DNA from: Epithemia pelagica | Lineage: Eukaryota > Protista > Bacillariophyta | Length of the DNA: 64,000 nt | Assembly: GCA_946965045.2 (NCBI GenBank) | Contig: OX337230.1 | Span: forward strand, 1,116,001-1,180,000 | Reading direction: 5' to 3' | Shown here: positions 30,088 through 41,902 of the stretch, in pieces | Layout: each line of letters opens with the position of its first letter | Position numbering within the stretch: position 1 is the stretch's first letter | Notes under the pieces: generated by a model | Database searches by the model: none | What the model saw: only the letters and a program-made list of their open reading frames with translations | Told to the model about the DNA's origin: nothing | Program-made: the position numbers and the translations under genes

Positions 30088-32013
30088 CTATGTGTGCTGG
30101 GGACAGGAAGACAGCAGCGAGGAAGACTCTCCTTGTCTTTGGGCAGCGGGTTCCTTTGGTGCTCGACGGTGCCTCTTCTCCAGTCTATTTTGAATCCACT
30201 GTGGCTCGGAGCACAGCTCGGGAATGGCGTGTTGCAATTCCACCGCCAAATCCAACGTGGTCAAGCGAGGTTGTCGGGTAAACAAATTAACGTGATACTG
30301 GGCCAATGGTCGGATCAACGCGTGATGTTGACGCAAGGCCTGGGCGACATACCACAAGGGATCTGTTCGGTTATCAAGCAGCAAATCGGATGAAGATGCC
30401 AGTTTCGCTTGGGTAGGTATTGGACGATGTACAAGTGGCTGTGTCAAGGAGGAGGTCATGTTGTCCGTGGAGAAATTTCCCTCAAGCACAGCAACCTGGG
30501 CCAGGTGTTCTTGCTCATTCCTCGTTGGATTTCTCACAACGTTCTTGTCACCGTGGTTCGGACCCACTGACGAATCAACGAGTTTGTACAAGGGAACAAA
30601 CAAATCTTGCCAGGCAAATCCATCCTGGATATAGTCCCGTGTGATTGTGGTAGCACTAATCGTAGGTTTGTTCTTCTTTTTGACCGACTCGAAACATGTG
30701 GGAATATCGAGACCCTGAGCCCACCGAAGCAACACAACCTCACTGGTCTTCAATTTCGAAGTGCTATTGTTCGTTCTGTCTGAAGGCGTGTTAGGGTCCA
30801 CCGTGTGTCGAGTTGTTTCGCTGAACGACGATGCTTCCCAGGTCTTTTCTTCTTCTTTCTCGCTTTCGTTTTGGACGGCCGTGATGGTGGATGTGGCGTT
30901 TTTCAAAGTCAAACGCAACGATTGATTGTTTCGTGGAAGGAAAGCTGATGGCGTCATAGTCCAGGTTGGTTGACAAAGGACTTGATCTGGAAACTCGCGA
31001 CTTCGTTTGAGTGCCCAGTCGTGTTCGGGGCGTTCCGTCAAGACAATGACAGGAGCCACTCCTCGAATGCGTTGGGCCGCCGGTACGAGGTAGGACAAAA
31101 AGTAGGGATATGGCGTATCCAAGACACCGTCAATGTCGTCCGAAGCAATGACCTGATCCAAGAGTCGATACATGGACTGCATCCACTCGTCCGTCACCAA
31201 GCGACAGGAGGATGAGGACAAGGTTGTTTGGTTGGTTCTCTGCCCAACCTTCGAGCGGGGACGCTGTTGTTGTTGTTTAGTTTCTTGTCGAAACCGTTTC
31301 TTGCCATTGGATGCAACCCTACCGTTCTCACAGTTTTTCATATCTCGAAAGGCTCGAACCAATTCATAATGAGCTTCCAGACCACTGCGATGGTTTGATG
31401 ATCCAGCTGCTCGAGAAACCACTGTCTGATTCCCGGTCCACTGGTTTCGTTGGCCCCTCGTTATCCTGTGCATTGTTTGTGTCCGGGATCTCAAGACAGA
31501 CCGGTTTTCCAGGTTCGTTTCCTCGGCCAGATCCAGCCTTCTTCGTCTTCTTTTGGCAGGCAGTTTGGACAGAGAATGGTCGAGTTCCTCCTGTAGGAAA
31601 GCTTCCCTACCGCCATCATGGGGGGAATCGACCGTTGTCGCTCGGACGGAACTCACACAATTTTGTCGAAAATGAACGGAAGGAATGCCTAATTGACACA
31701 AGGCATGGTACATGGTGCGTGTGGCCGTACTTCCTTGTCCGGCACCAATCACCAATGGCCGCCTAGGATGCCTTCCTGTTGGAGAAGAAGGAGCAATTGC
31801 ACGGGAATCGACGGCAATGGAAGCAGAATTTCCAGTCGTGGTCGTCCTCGTGGATGGTGCTGTTGATGATTTGGAGGACAATGGGGAGTAGAAGGACGAA
31901 GGAACAATCCACACCAGGGCCGTGTCGATCGGTCGTTCCTTGAGGAGCGTCTTGCAGAGCAATAACATGGACACTACCACAAGAACAAGGACCGCACAGT
32001 ACATCTTGGTCAT
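30088..32013 (-). CDS. Sulfotransferase-like P-loop protein with an N-terminal membrane anchor
   Basis: Hydrophobic MYCAVLVLVVVSMLLLC. PLVIGAGQGSTATRTMYHALCQLG, DGVLDTP and VIVLTER...W resemble the Sulfotransfer_4-type family. The ORF-track start (32250) is probably too far upstream. Confidence 0.65.
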   Translation of the reverse strand: MTKMYCAVLVLVVVSMLLLCKTLLKERPIDTALVWIVPSSFYSPLSSKSSTAPSTRTTTTGNSASIAVDSRAIAPSSPTGRHPRRPLVIGAGQGSTATRTMYHALCQLGIPSVHFRQNCVSSVRATTVDSPHDGGREAFLQEELDHSLSKLPAKRRRRRLDLAEETNLENRSVLRSRTQTMHRITRGQRNQWTGNQTVVSRAAGSSNHRSGLEAHYELVRAFRDMKNCENGRVASNGKKRFRQETKQQQQRPRSKVGQRTNQTTLSSSSCRLVTDEWMQSMYRLLDQVIASDDIDGVLDTPYPYFLSYLVPAAQRIRGVAPVIVLTERPEHDWALKRSREFPDQVLCQPTWTMTPSAFLPRNNQSLRLTLKNATSTITAVQNESEKEEEKTWEASSFSETTRHTVDPNTPSDRTNNSTSKLKTSEVVLLRWAQGLDIPTCFESVKKKNKPTISATTITRDYIQDGFAWQDLFVPLYKLVDSSVGPNHGDKNVVRNPTRNEQEHLAQVAVLEGNFSTDNMTSSLTQPLVHRPIPTQAKLASSSDLLLDNRTDPLWYVAQALRQHHALIRPLAQYHVNLFTRQPRLTTLDLAVELQHAIPELCSEPQWIQNRLEKRHRRAPKEPAAQRQGESSSLLSSCPQHT

Positions 32014-32594
32014 CCGTCGTTGAGGGGAAACTACCCGGAGGATGCCACGAATGTCAGATCGACAAGAGGAGAGTGGCCAAGCTCGTATGGAAATACGTCT
32101 CGTAGAGACGTGGAGGCATTGTTGCAGTGGTTGTGTTTGAGAGGAATCAGGATGGTCTTGCAGCTGCCAGTGTCTCGAATGGACCGCATTCGTAAGAACT
32201 TCAAACGGTTGTCGCTGTTCTATCCGTTTCTGTTGACTGATCGTCGCCATCCCACAATTTTCGTTTTGTTTCTACAAGGAGGAACAAAAGAGCTAAAGCA
32301 ATGCAGCAATGCATAATGCATCTGCATTGTCGAAAGACAAAAAGTGAGAAACTCAATCCGGCCTTGGCACGCAAATGATTTGCGACTAAAAATCCAAAAA
32401 AATTGCTTCAACGGTCCGAATCCCAGATAGATCGCATAAAGGTCGCGTTTATGATTTTTTTATTCACCTTCTATTCTCGCATTCCAACAAGAAGGCAACC
32501 AAGATTATCATTCAAGAGACGAGAAAGATCTGAAAGAAATGTGGTGCGGATCCAAAATGCTCCACCCATAAATGAAGAAACGTAGATTCTCGTA

Positions 32595-33845
32595 ATGAGA
32601 AAAGACACTACCGCATCGACCATGCGATTTGCCACAATTCACTCGGATGATGTACACGTGCAACCACTGCAAATACCAGTTCTAGATCGATCCATGCTGG
32701 ATACCCCAACACCAGACGATGTAGTCCAAGCCTTGGATCAAAGTCTATCTCGATGTGGAATGTTTCTGGTTGAGAATGCAAATGTTCCTATCGAATCTCA
32801 AACGCGAAACGCCTTTCAAGACTTTTTTGAGCATCCCGACGTACAAGCCAAGGCACAAACGGCAGTCACGGACGGAAGTGAGCAAAAGGATGAAATCATC
32901 TGGAGATACAAAGGCATGGGCAAAGAAGCAACGGGAGCACTTCTCCTCATCAAATCCAGCCGGGAACAAATCGAAGTCGATAGCGGTGTCCCAAAAGAAG
33001 AAGCACAGCTACCCAAGAATAATGCTCCTGACTGCAAGGAAAGTTTTCAAATGGGTCCTCTTACCGAAACACTTGATCCCCAAGCTGTCCAAGATTTAGT
33101 CCATAAAGGTGGTGGAGCCATGGTGGAACCCACTCTGTGGCCTCTCACACGGTCGAATGGTGGATGCGCTGGGGGTTCGTTGCGAGAGACAATGGAAGAA
33201 TTTCGAAACGAATCCTTCACCGAGGCAATGGAAATATTGAAATTGTTGGAACAAGGCTGCAGGTTTGCGTCAGGCAGTCTCACGACTGATTTGTTTGACA
33301 GTACGCAAGGTTTGACATCGACCAAATGTGCTTATTATCCATGGACAAGATCCCTGCCTGCGGAACAAGTGGAGAAACTAGGACATGGCCAACCGATGCA
33401 TATTGATCTCGGACTGGCAACGTTGATTCATCAAGATCCATCCTTTAATGCCGGAAACGTGGCCCATCTGGAGGTTTGGGATCCAGAATTGTCAGCGTTT
33501 TTCCGAGTCCCACCATCTTATACTGTGTTTTTGATTGGACATATGGGAAAACATATAGTGGAATCACGTTGGCGTGCTTGTGTCCATCGAGTCATCATGT
33601 CGGAATCCGATTTCCAGTGCAAGTCATCAAACGATTCGTTTCCAGGATGTGAAGAGGAAAAGAAGGATACGGATGAGGGACACTGTGAATGTTATCCAAA
33701 AGCCAAACCGGCTCGCATATCTCTCATATCCTTTCTTGTTCCTCGTCCCAATGCACCCCTTGGGAAAAGTGGACTGACCTCGACATCAGTACTTGCGGAC
33801 ATGTTTTCGGATATCGGATCTGCGTTTGCAGTCCCAAAGGCTTGA
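32595..33845 (+). CDS. 2-oxoglutarate/Fe(II) dioxygenase (IPNS/DIOX-like), 416 aa
   Basis: DIOX_N-like GMFLVENANVP and DCKESFQMGP; iron ligands HID...HRV; R-x-S (RIS). Confidence 0.88.
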   Translation: MRKDTTASTMRFATIHSDDVHVQPLQIPVLDRSMLDTPTPDDVVQALDQSLSRCGMFLVENANVPIESQTRNAFQDFFEHPDVQAKAQTAVTDGSEQKDEIIWRYKGMGKEATGALLLIKSSREQIEVDSGVPKEEAQLPKNNAPDCKESFQMGPLTETLDPQAVQDLVHKGGGAMVEPTLWPLTRSNGGCAGGSLRETMEEFRNESFTEAMEILKLLEQGCRFASGSLTTDLFDSTQGLTSTKCAYYPWTRSLPAEQVEKLGHGQPMHIDLGLATLIHQDPSFNAGNVAHLEVWDPELSAFFRVPPSYTVFLIGHMGKHIVESRWRACVHRVIMSESDFQCKSSNDSFPGCEEEKKDTDEGHCECYPKAKPARISLISFLVPRPNAPLGKSGLTSTSVLADMFSDIGSAFAVPKA

Positions 33846-34127
33846 GTGTGGACAGACCATATCAGACTGATGTCGAATGTTAGATCTCTTGGCTTTTGGC
33901 TTCAGCGTTTTACCGAAAGTTTCGATATGCGTAAAATAGTCACACGTCTTGGCAAAACACAAGTGTTGGTCTGAGTGCCGACCCCTTTTTGTTGACAAAC
34001 ATCCGCTTCATGGGCACGAAAGCAACAGCACTAAGGGAATTATAGCTTTGGGATGATTTCATGACGAGATGGATTCCCAGACAATGGCGCCAAAACAAAT
34101 ATTAATAGGATGGATGCAAGCCGTCCA

Positions 34128-35285
34128 TCATGTATTTCCAATCTTGGACAATGATCTGATTGGAATGTCATTCAACATGGCCAACAAACACGTATATATC
34201 CATGTATTCTTGTCCACAAGAGAAAGTTTCTCACATGTGTCCACATGGTGACCACTCATCACAAGGATTCCATCGGAAACTGAAACCATGCTACCTCCAT
34301 AATGTTCTGTTGTCAATTGTGGAAGGGACCAGATTACATTCGTTTTTGTGTCCAGAACCTCCACGGTTATTGCAACATCCTCATCGATTGACCCACTATC
34401 ACCACCTGCCACAATCAAACATGATCCAACGTTGACAACCATGCGCAGATAACGAGGCGGGCGAAGATAAAGGTCCTCGTGGATGTTCCAAGACGATGAG
34501 AATGGAACAACTGATGCTCCAGTCACTGACCCATGGACGGGTTCCTCATTGAACTCCAAAACCTCCAAAGAGTTCAGTCGACCATGTCCATCACATCCAC
34601 CAACGACGTAGATGCGCCGACCAATGACAGAAACTCCAAAGTCGTATCGAGCAACATTCAAGGGCGGTCCAGAAGTAATAGTTTGGGATCCAGTGTCAAT
34701 AACATCAACTGCAGACAAAGCACGTGCGTAACTCTGGTATCCTCCAATCACAACAATGAAGCGATTCTGAACGACAGTAGCCGCACACCAATCTCTTGTA
34801 GCGCACAATCTACAGTTCAGTGTCATCCATTGACTGTTGTTAGAGTTGGATCCATCGTGCAACAAATCTGTAACATTGATCCGTTCAATCGTGTCCAAAG
34901 GAAACCGGCGAGTGGATCCTCCTATCGCGTAAACAAAGTTATCGCAAACCACCGCTTCGAGAGCTAGTCTCTCTTCGTTCATTCGTGGCCCTTCTCGCCA
35001 TTCTTTGACTTCTTCTCCGAGATTCAACAGAATCACCGAATTCGTTATCCCTTCATTCTGCTTTCGTCCGCCGAAGACAGCCACAATTTCATCTGTTCCA
35101 CTGTACGCTGTTTGATCCAAAACAACCGACGCATGATTCGACCGCCATCCGCCGAGAAGCGGTGGTAATTCTTGGGAGTTCCATTGTGGTTCTTGGTTGT
35201 TGTGAACGTGAGCAAAGGCAAGGCCAGACGCCAGTGCTTGGTCTTTGATGGTCATTCGATTTTCGGATCTTCCAGCTTCGAACAA
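34128..35285 (-). CDS. Kelch-repeat beta-propeller protein
   Basis: Repeated GG-containing kelch units (VAVFGG, VYAIGG, IVVIGG, IYVVGG, LIVAGG) with R/W/P spacing. Confidence 0.92.
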   Translation of the reverse strand: MFEAGRSENRMTIKDQALASGLAFAHVHNNQEPQWNSQELPPLLGGWRSNHASVVLDQTAYSGTDEIVAVFGGRKQNEGITNSVILLNLGEEVKEWREGPRMNEERLALEAVVCDNFVYAIGGSTRRFPLDTIERINVTDLLHDGSNSNNSQWMTLNCRLCATRDWCAATVVQNRFIVVIGGYQSYARALSAVDVIDTGSQTITSGPPLNVARYDFGVSVIGRRIYVVGGCDGHGRLNSLEVLEFNEEPVHGSVTGASVVPFSSSWNIHEDLYLRPPRYLRMVVNVGSCLIVAGGDSGSIDEDVAITVEVLDTKTNVIWSLPQLTTEHYGGSMVSVSDGILVMSGHHVDTCEKLSLVDKNTWIYTCLLAMLNDIPIRSLSKIGNT

Positions 35286-35390
35286 TCACTTGCATTAAAG
35301 AGAAAGGATGAACGCTTCCCTGTGTGTCCATTCGTATTTCTAATACAATCGCTCGCCGCCGCATGGCATCGTCGTCTGCTACATGTGCTA

Positions 35391-35984
35391 AGGGCTGGGT
35401 AAGCCGATCCATGTTCGGCTAAGTAGGCTCAGTACATTAAGCTACGTAGTACTATTTTCATCACTGTAACAAGTGGGGCGAATGGTCACAAATCGAAAAC
35501 TTGCTGCCACGAGAAACAATGCAATCCGGAAACCATCACTCGACAATGGTCGAAGAAATCACCCCCATGGCAATAACTTCCTGGATAATTGGGCTTGACT
35601 GAATCACTTCTAGAATAAGACTCTTTACTACTAGATCAACTATGCTTTCAATTTGATTCAGTCACCGTTGAGAAATGAATGAGTTAGGAAGGTTTTTGGA
35701 TTACATCACCAGTATACCTTTTGATCCAATGCGACAAATCTTCTGTAGCTGCAGAACACAGTAATACAAGCAAACTCAAACAACTTACAGTAGTAGGATG
35801 TTGATGCGATGCATCGGTAAATGCATGCGGCATCAACGGATCTCGCCGTCATCGTGGAGTGTTTTTGCATTTTTTCGGACTTCCGACCATTTCAGGTATG
35901 ACGTGTACTATGGGATTTTATGTACGCTACGTAGCTTTTGTACTGAACCTACTTAGCCGAACATGGATCGGCTTACCCAGCCCT
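35391..35984. mobile_element. MITE, copy 1 (594 bp)
   Basis: 46-bp TIRs AGGGCTGGGTAAGCCGATCCATGTTCGGCTAAGTAGG(C/T)TCAGTACA, TA on both flanks, non-coding interior. Second copy at 51849-52453. Confidence 0.92.
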
Positions 35985-36019
35985 TATGTACCTCAAGAGA
36001 TGGACGAAATGTTTTGGAG

Positions 36020-36085
36020 TGGGTAGCTATTGCTATGTGCTCTCGGAGAAGTGGGTAGCTATTGCTATGTGCTCTTGGAGAAGTG
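36020..36085. repeat. 32-bp tandem duplication (GTGGGTAGCTATTGCTATGTGCTCT(C/T)GGAGAA x2)
   Basis: Two adjacent copies differing at one base. Confidence 0.85.
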
Positions 36086-38178
36086 TTTATTCATATTGTA
36101 GCCTCTATCTCTATCGAATCTTGTGCTTTTGGAAGATGTCCCCATCTACCTACTGAAAAGAAGTTGGCATGGGCGACTCTACAACGAAATCAGAAGGAGA
36201 AGGATTGATCCTCCACCGACCAAAAGTAGGACAAGGTCTTGGGACAAGACCCAGAATGGAAACAATTTCATGTCGACATCTGGACAGCTACGAAGAACGA
36301 GATCCATGTGACTTCGTCCATCCATATCATGTAAAGATACGAGATTCTCCCATGTTCAAATGAGTACTTATATACATCAGGCGCGTGAAGGGGAGCCAAG
36401 ATAAGAGCATGTGATCAAACAACCCCTCTAGGAGCAAGAAGGAGTAGGGGTATGAAACTACCTAGGAGTACTCCAGCTCCTATTCATGATCCGCCATCCG
36501 GTAGGTAGATGAGGTAGACCTGTGTTTAATCGACCCAGATACCAAATGCCAACCACGTTGCTGGAACTATGAAATTGAGAACCCTGCCATTGGCGGATGG
36601 GAGTACCTAGTTGCCGAGGACCATGGGCAAGACCATGACACCAATCGTCATGTTCCGATCAGATCATGAAATCTCTTTCTGTTGCTCTCGTTCGCAACGC
36701 ATCTTACCAGTGGAGATGTGAAGACGGGATGCGAGACTGCCTTTGGCTCGTCTGTTGTCTTGGTTCTATGTGTGACCATGTTCATTTTATGGCTAGTGCT
36801 GCATATATGTTGTATGTCAACCATGATCAATGTCGCATCTCACGATTGTATGTCGTTTCTTCTAGCCGGACTCGGGCAAGTTGCAAAACGCCTCGTTCAG
36901 CATGAATCGCCATGCTACAGTTCCCGACAGCGCAGTGTTCTCTTCAACACAATTTTTGTGCCGGTCGGCCAATACACAAATTCCCTTTTGACCGATCCAC
37001 AGACGGTTACGACCAACCAGGCCAATCGATGGCGTTGTAGCGACAGTCCATTTCCGAGAAGCGAGGACAAGTGAACGGGACCACAGCAGCCCAGGATCAC
37101 TTGAGTCAAACATATGTACCTGCCATCACAAGTTGAAGTGATGGTGGCTCGTTGACTGGTGTGATTGTGGGCTGATGGCGTCTTGTGGTGCTGCTGTAGA
37201 TGCTGTGCCTTGCTTGTTGTTGCATGACTTGGACTTGTTCCCACACGCTATCGATTTGCTTGGTAGGTCGTGACAGTCGGTTTCATGTTGTCAATCTCAG
37301 CATCTCCAATCGGTACGGTCTTTCCCTTTTCACTGGATTGACACATGCCTGAGCACCAGGAGATTATTCGTCCACGGTGGTCATTTTCTGCCTGCTACCA
37401 TTGTAGAACCAGGTTTCTTGCCAAGGATCCGTTCCGGGTATACCTACACGTCGACAAGGGTGGCATGTCATCCCTCGATGCCCTGAAGTCGGAAAGGGTT
37501 CCAAAGTCGTCCCTGCTTTCGTGTTGGCTGGGATTCGTCATCTCGCAGATTCTTGCATTTGGATCGTCTCCAGGTTCTTGCACAAAGAGAGCAGAGGGTC
37601 GCAGCACATCAAGAACACTCCTTGGGTCCGAAACAGCAAGAGTTAGTCATTGTGGTGTGGTCCTGGCAACAAAGAGCTTATGGGATGGTTATCTGAGACG
37701 TGAGCTCATCTGCAGGTAACCATGTCGAAACAGCAACTGTTATCATGTCCCGAGGCAAGGGTCCAGTCGTCGGGTAGTGGAACCATTCCCAATTCCCAAA
37801 TATGATAGCTGATTGATCTCTCACCTTTCATCTCTTGCTGGACAACATAAGGTGGATATGTAGGCATTAATGATAACATTCGTCAACAGAGAAGGGGGCC
37901 ACCGACGAAGATGATTGATGTGTCTACTGCGTCTACGAATTGATGAGGTGGATGGGAATCTGAATCTGCGGGGGAGATTCGGAAGTTTCCGGTCGCACAA
38001 CATAGAAGAATGGTCTATCTTTGGGAATCCATTTCGCTGTCTTTCCTCGCTTCGCAACAATCACCAATCCATTGCCATCCTTCTCCCAATACGACAACGA
38101 AATCTCGAGAGCATTACACCTGTAGAAACCAAAGGACAGGAAAAAAAAAGAGGCATAAACCTTTATTCGAAAGCAGCG

Positions 38179-39390
38179 ATGAAGTTGGAAACGGTTGCAT
38201 CGTCTGGTAAGGGGCAAGTACGAGCACTTGAAATACCAGTGTTGGATCGATCTACCTTCGAGACAACACCAGCTCTATTGAGTGCACTGAATGCAAGTCT
38301 TTCTCGATATGGAATGTTTTTGGTTGAGAATGCAAATGTTCCCATCGAAAATCAAACACGAAAAGTCTTTCAAGACTTTTTTGAGCATTCCGATGTACAA
38401 GCCAAAGCCCAAACAGCAGCCACGGACGGCATGGAACAAAATGAGGGCAATATATGGAGATTCAAAGGCATGGGCAAAGAAGCGTCAGGAGCAGTCCTGT
38501 TGAGTAAATCGACCCTAGAGCGAATCGAAGTCGATCGCGGTGTCCCAAAAGAAGAAGCAAAGCTACCCAAGAATAATAAACCTGACTGCAAGGAAAGTTT
38601 CCAAATGGGGCCTCTTGCAGAAACACTTGATCCAAAAGCCGTCCAAGATTTGATCCATAAGGGTGGTGGAGTCATGGTGGAACCTACCCTGTGGCCTCTC
38701 ACGCGGTCCAACGGTGGATGCGCTGCAGATTCGTTACGAGAGACAATGGAAGAATTTCGAAACGAATCCTTCACCGAGGCAATGGTAATATTGAAATTAT
38801 TGGAACAAGGTTGCCAGTGTACACCAGGCAGTCTTACGACCGACTTGTTTGATAATACACAAGGTTTGACATCGACCAAATGTGCTTATTATCCATGGAC
38901 AAGATCGTTACCTTCTGAGCAGGTGGAGAAACTGGGACATGGCCAGCCGATGCATATTTATCTCGGACTGGCTACATTGATTCATCAAGATCCCTCCTCT
39001 CATGCCGGAAATGTGGCTTATTTGGAGGTATGGGATCCGCAGTCGTCATCTTTTTTTCGAGTCCCACCGTCGTATACCGTGTTTTTGATTGGTCACATGG
39101 GCAAACATGTAATGGGATCACGTTGGCGTGCCTGTGTCCATCGAGTCGTCATGTCGGAACCCGAATCACAAGAGGAGATACTACATGGCTCGACTTCAGA
39201 ACCGAAAGAAGAGAAAAAGAACAACGAGGAAAAGTTAGATTCCACAGCAAAACTATCTCGAATATCGTTCATATCGTTTCTGATTCCTCGTCCGGATGCG
39301 CCCCTTGGGGACAGTGGACTGACCTCGACGTCACTGCTTGTGGACGTGTTTTCTGAAATTGGATCAGCCTTCGCAAAACCAGATACATGA
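38179..39390 (+). CDS. 2OG-Fe(II) dioxygenase paralog of 32595-33845, with HxD changed to HxY
   Basis: Highly similar to the first copy along its length, but GQPMHIYLG instead of GQPMHIDLG. Start taken at ATG 38179 by homology. Confidence 0.85.
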   Translation: MKLETVASSGKGQVRALEIPVLDRSTFETTPALLSALNASLSRYGMFLVENANVPIENQTRKVFQDFFEHSDVQAKAQTAATDGMEQNEGNIWRFKGMGKEASGAVLLSKSTLERIEVDRGVPKEEAKLPKNNKPDCKESFQMGPLAETLDPKAVQDLIHKGGGVMVEPTLWPLTRSNGGCAADSLRETMEEFRNESFTEAMVILKLLEQGCQCTPGSLTTDLFDNTQGLTSTKCAYYPWTRSLPSEQVEKLGHGQPMHIYLGLATLIHQDPSSHAGNVAYLEVWDPQSSSFFRVPPSYTVFLIGHMGKHVMGSRWRACVHRVVMSEPESQEEILHGSTSEPKEEKKNNEEKLDSTAKLSRISFISFLIPRPDAPLGDSGLTSTSLLVDVFSEIGSAFAKPDT

Positions 39391-39942
39391 GGGACTAAAG
39401 TTCGAAGAGGACGTATGGATTGAGACCTTTTTGGACATTCTGCAACTGACGAACATAAATGCGCAGAACAAAGGTTGACGATGACAGGCGTCCGAATAGC
39501 ATTTACATGTCGCAGCGAACATTCCTTAAACACAGCATAGATGGCATGTTTCAATAGTGTTCGCCATGATGTGTAGTACTGGATCTTTGCGTTGGTCAAT
39601 GTACAGCCGATGAATCTCGGAGTGGAACACCGGACGGTAAACTTGTGGGGACAGCGGGGATAGAAAAGAACTCCATTCTGGATTTGCGAATGGATCATGG
39701 CAGTGTTGGATTGAATGGGTAGCGTAATTCAAAATGTCAATGACCATAGGAAATTTGTCGTTAATTTATATAGATAGAGTTGCAATGTTTCTTTTTCAAT
39801 GGGGCATAGATGGAACAGAAGAAAACACGGAAAGCACGAGATTTTTTGGTTCGGACACGCCGCAGATTCATTATTCATTATCTGTACCACCCACACAAGG
39901 CAAACGAGCGAAACGTTTGAGTAGGTGTTTAGGGGACCAAAG

Positions 39943-40554
39943 TTAAAATCGTCGTCGCCCCGTGGTTCCAACGGCATCATGGGCCGACGGTGCTCCTGTA
40001 TCTCCATGGTCACACAAAAACATGCGTCGTTCGGCTTCGACCCACCGTGTTTCGTCCACACAAAACAAGTAGGGTCCATACTGGTTATTGCCTCCCTTGG
40101 CGGCGTAATGACGTGTCGTGAGGGTATAGGGCAAGTCGTCGGGAGACAAGCCAAAGGAGGACGATCGGCTCTTGGTAAAGGAATACGAAGCAAGCTGTGC
40201 ATCACGCCTAGAAATCGTTGGAACAGACGATCCATAATGGCTACCGGTATCGCCATTGTCAACAAGCTTCATGCGGCCTGGAACCATGGCCCAGCTGTAG
40301 GCAATACTTGATGGTGCAGCTGGTTCTGGAGAGGGTGGTTCATAGGGTTGCATGGCACTGTCCATACTGGGAGAAGGCGGGGCCATCATTTCGGGTTCCA
40401 TGGCGACATCGGCCGTCGTAGTTTCCAAGGAAGGTTCGGATATTGCTAGTGGAGACATGCGGCCAAGGGGCATGGATGGAGCATGAGGTTGAAAGGAGTC
40501 GACGGCAGTGCCAAACAAAAGGCATGCAACAAGTGATAGCGTACGGGTCACCAT
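39943..40554 (-). CDS. Small putative plastid-targeted protein, family member 1
   Basis: Signal peptide MVTRTLSLVACLLFGTAVDS followed by F (bipartite-type cleavage site). Shares QPY, IAYSW and WVEAERRMFLCDHGDTGAPS with the neighbouring gene. Confidence 0.7.
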   Translation of the reverse strand: MVTRTLSLVACLLFGTAVDSFQPHAPSMPLGRMSPLAISEPSLETTTADVAMEPEMMAPPSPSMDSAMQPYEPPSPEPAAPSSIAYSWAMVPGRMKLVDNGDTGSHYGSSVPTISRRDAQLASYSFTKSRSSSFGLSPDDLPYTLTTRHYAAKGGNNQYGPYLFCVDETRWVEAERRMFLCDHGDTGAPSAHDAVGTTGRRRF

Positions 40555-41230
40555 GGTCGATGGGGATTCGTCCTGTGGAAACGAGAAGACAAGAAGTGTG
40601 TTTGTTGACGTGAGAGCAGCTTTCAACACCAACAACCCAAAAAGAAGTTGTCAACGTAACCAAGCAAATCTTTTTCTCGGGTGACGAAATAGGAGGGCTG
40701 TTCTTCGGAATCCTTTTCTCACCCTAGCAAACGCTCCCACACCACAGCCATACTCACTCTCGAAAATTGAAGGATGCAAGAGCAACTCTATACGTCAGCA
40801 AAGATCCTTCTTCTTGGAAGGAGTACACGAGTAGAGTTCTGAATCTGAAGGATGGATGGATGCGTGTGTGGTGGCGTCCAAAGTCCAAAATCCAAAAGGT
40901 GTCAAACCAAAATGGAAGTGGAACTCGTGACTCGTGATTTCTGTCCCGTTCAGAGTACGTCTGTCAGCTGTCGGTGTCTTTTCCGCTCAACTCGGAAGCA
41001 GTTCAAGTCAAATGTATATAGGAGTATTTCGTAAAAGCATCGACCTAAAATGAAATTGGCACGTGAAATGCCAAGCAACATGTAAATGGGAGTGAAGCAC
41101 TTGCTTCATGAACGTGAAACTTCGTTTGGTTCGTGTTAATACGTGTGACCATGAAGAATGGGGTCTGTCATTATTTGCTTGTTTGCGGGTAGTTATGGTA
41201 CTTAGCTCTTGTCATTTCATTTGTTCCCGA

Positions 41231-41902
41231 TTACTTAAAGTCGGGCCATTCCGTACGAAAGTTAGCACCGACTGCATACTGGCCTGAGGGAGCACCGGTA
41301 TCGGCACAATCGCACAAAAACATGCGTCGTTCGGCTTCGGCCCAGCGTGTGACATCAATGCAAAATAAGACGGGATTCATCGGGTCCATGGTAAAGAATT
41401 GTGGAGGAACAGGAGAGGGGCAGCCCTTGCCAAAATTCGCAAGTCCTGCATAAAAGGGACCTGTCGAATAGACGTCGCCACCATGGGCGGGTTTGGAAAA
41501 GGCCGCGTCTTCCGTTCTTGCACGAGATGAAGGAGATCCAACCAGTTTGCCAACCGACTCCCATCGATACGACACTGCTCTTGGTGAAGCAACCATTGAT
41601 TCGGGCTCGTATGGTGGTGCTGTATAAGGCTGGAGGGAAGATTCCTCCACCATCATGTCGTCTTCAACCAAGGGCATGGGAATGGAAGCGATCTCGTGAA
41701 TGGTCGATTCCATGACATCTGTGGGCGTGGAACACAACTGCCATGGTTCAACTCTCTTTGTTTCGGACTGGGGAGTGGTCATGGGCAACGACCTTGAGAT
41801 GGAAAAGGCATGGATGCCAGGTAAAGCAAGTGCCTGCAGCACAAGGATAATGGACGATGTCCAGAACGGATGAACAGAGGTTGCTGGGATGGAGTTTGTC
41901 AT
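41231..41902 (-). CDS. Small putative plastid-targeted protein, family member 2
   Basis: Signal peptide ending GIHA-F. QPY, VSYRWESVGKL and LFCIDVTRWAEAERRMFLCDCADTGAPS. Confidence 0.7.
   Translation of the reverse strand: MTNSIPATSVHPFWTSSIILVLQALALPGIHAFSISRSLPMTTPQSETKRVEPWQLCSTPTDVMESTIHEIASIPMPLVEDDMMVEESSLQPYTAPPYEPESMVASPRAVSYRWESVGKLVGSPSSRARTEDAAFSKPAHGGDVYSTGPFYAGLANFGKGCPSPVPPQFFTMDPMNPVLFCIDVTRWAEAERRMFLCDCADTGAPSGQYAVGANFRTEWPDFK

Noticed and set aside
36600-37800. Possible decayed minus-strand gene
   Set aside because: Several broken frames, no recognisable motif, and nothing supportable as a feature.
37915-38178. N-terminal extension of the second dioxygenase in the ORF track
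   Set aside because: Homology with copy 1 starts near ATG 38179; the upstream part looks like UTR read-through.
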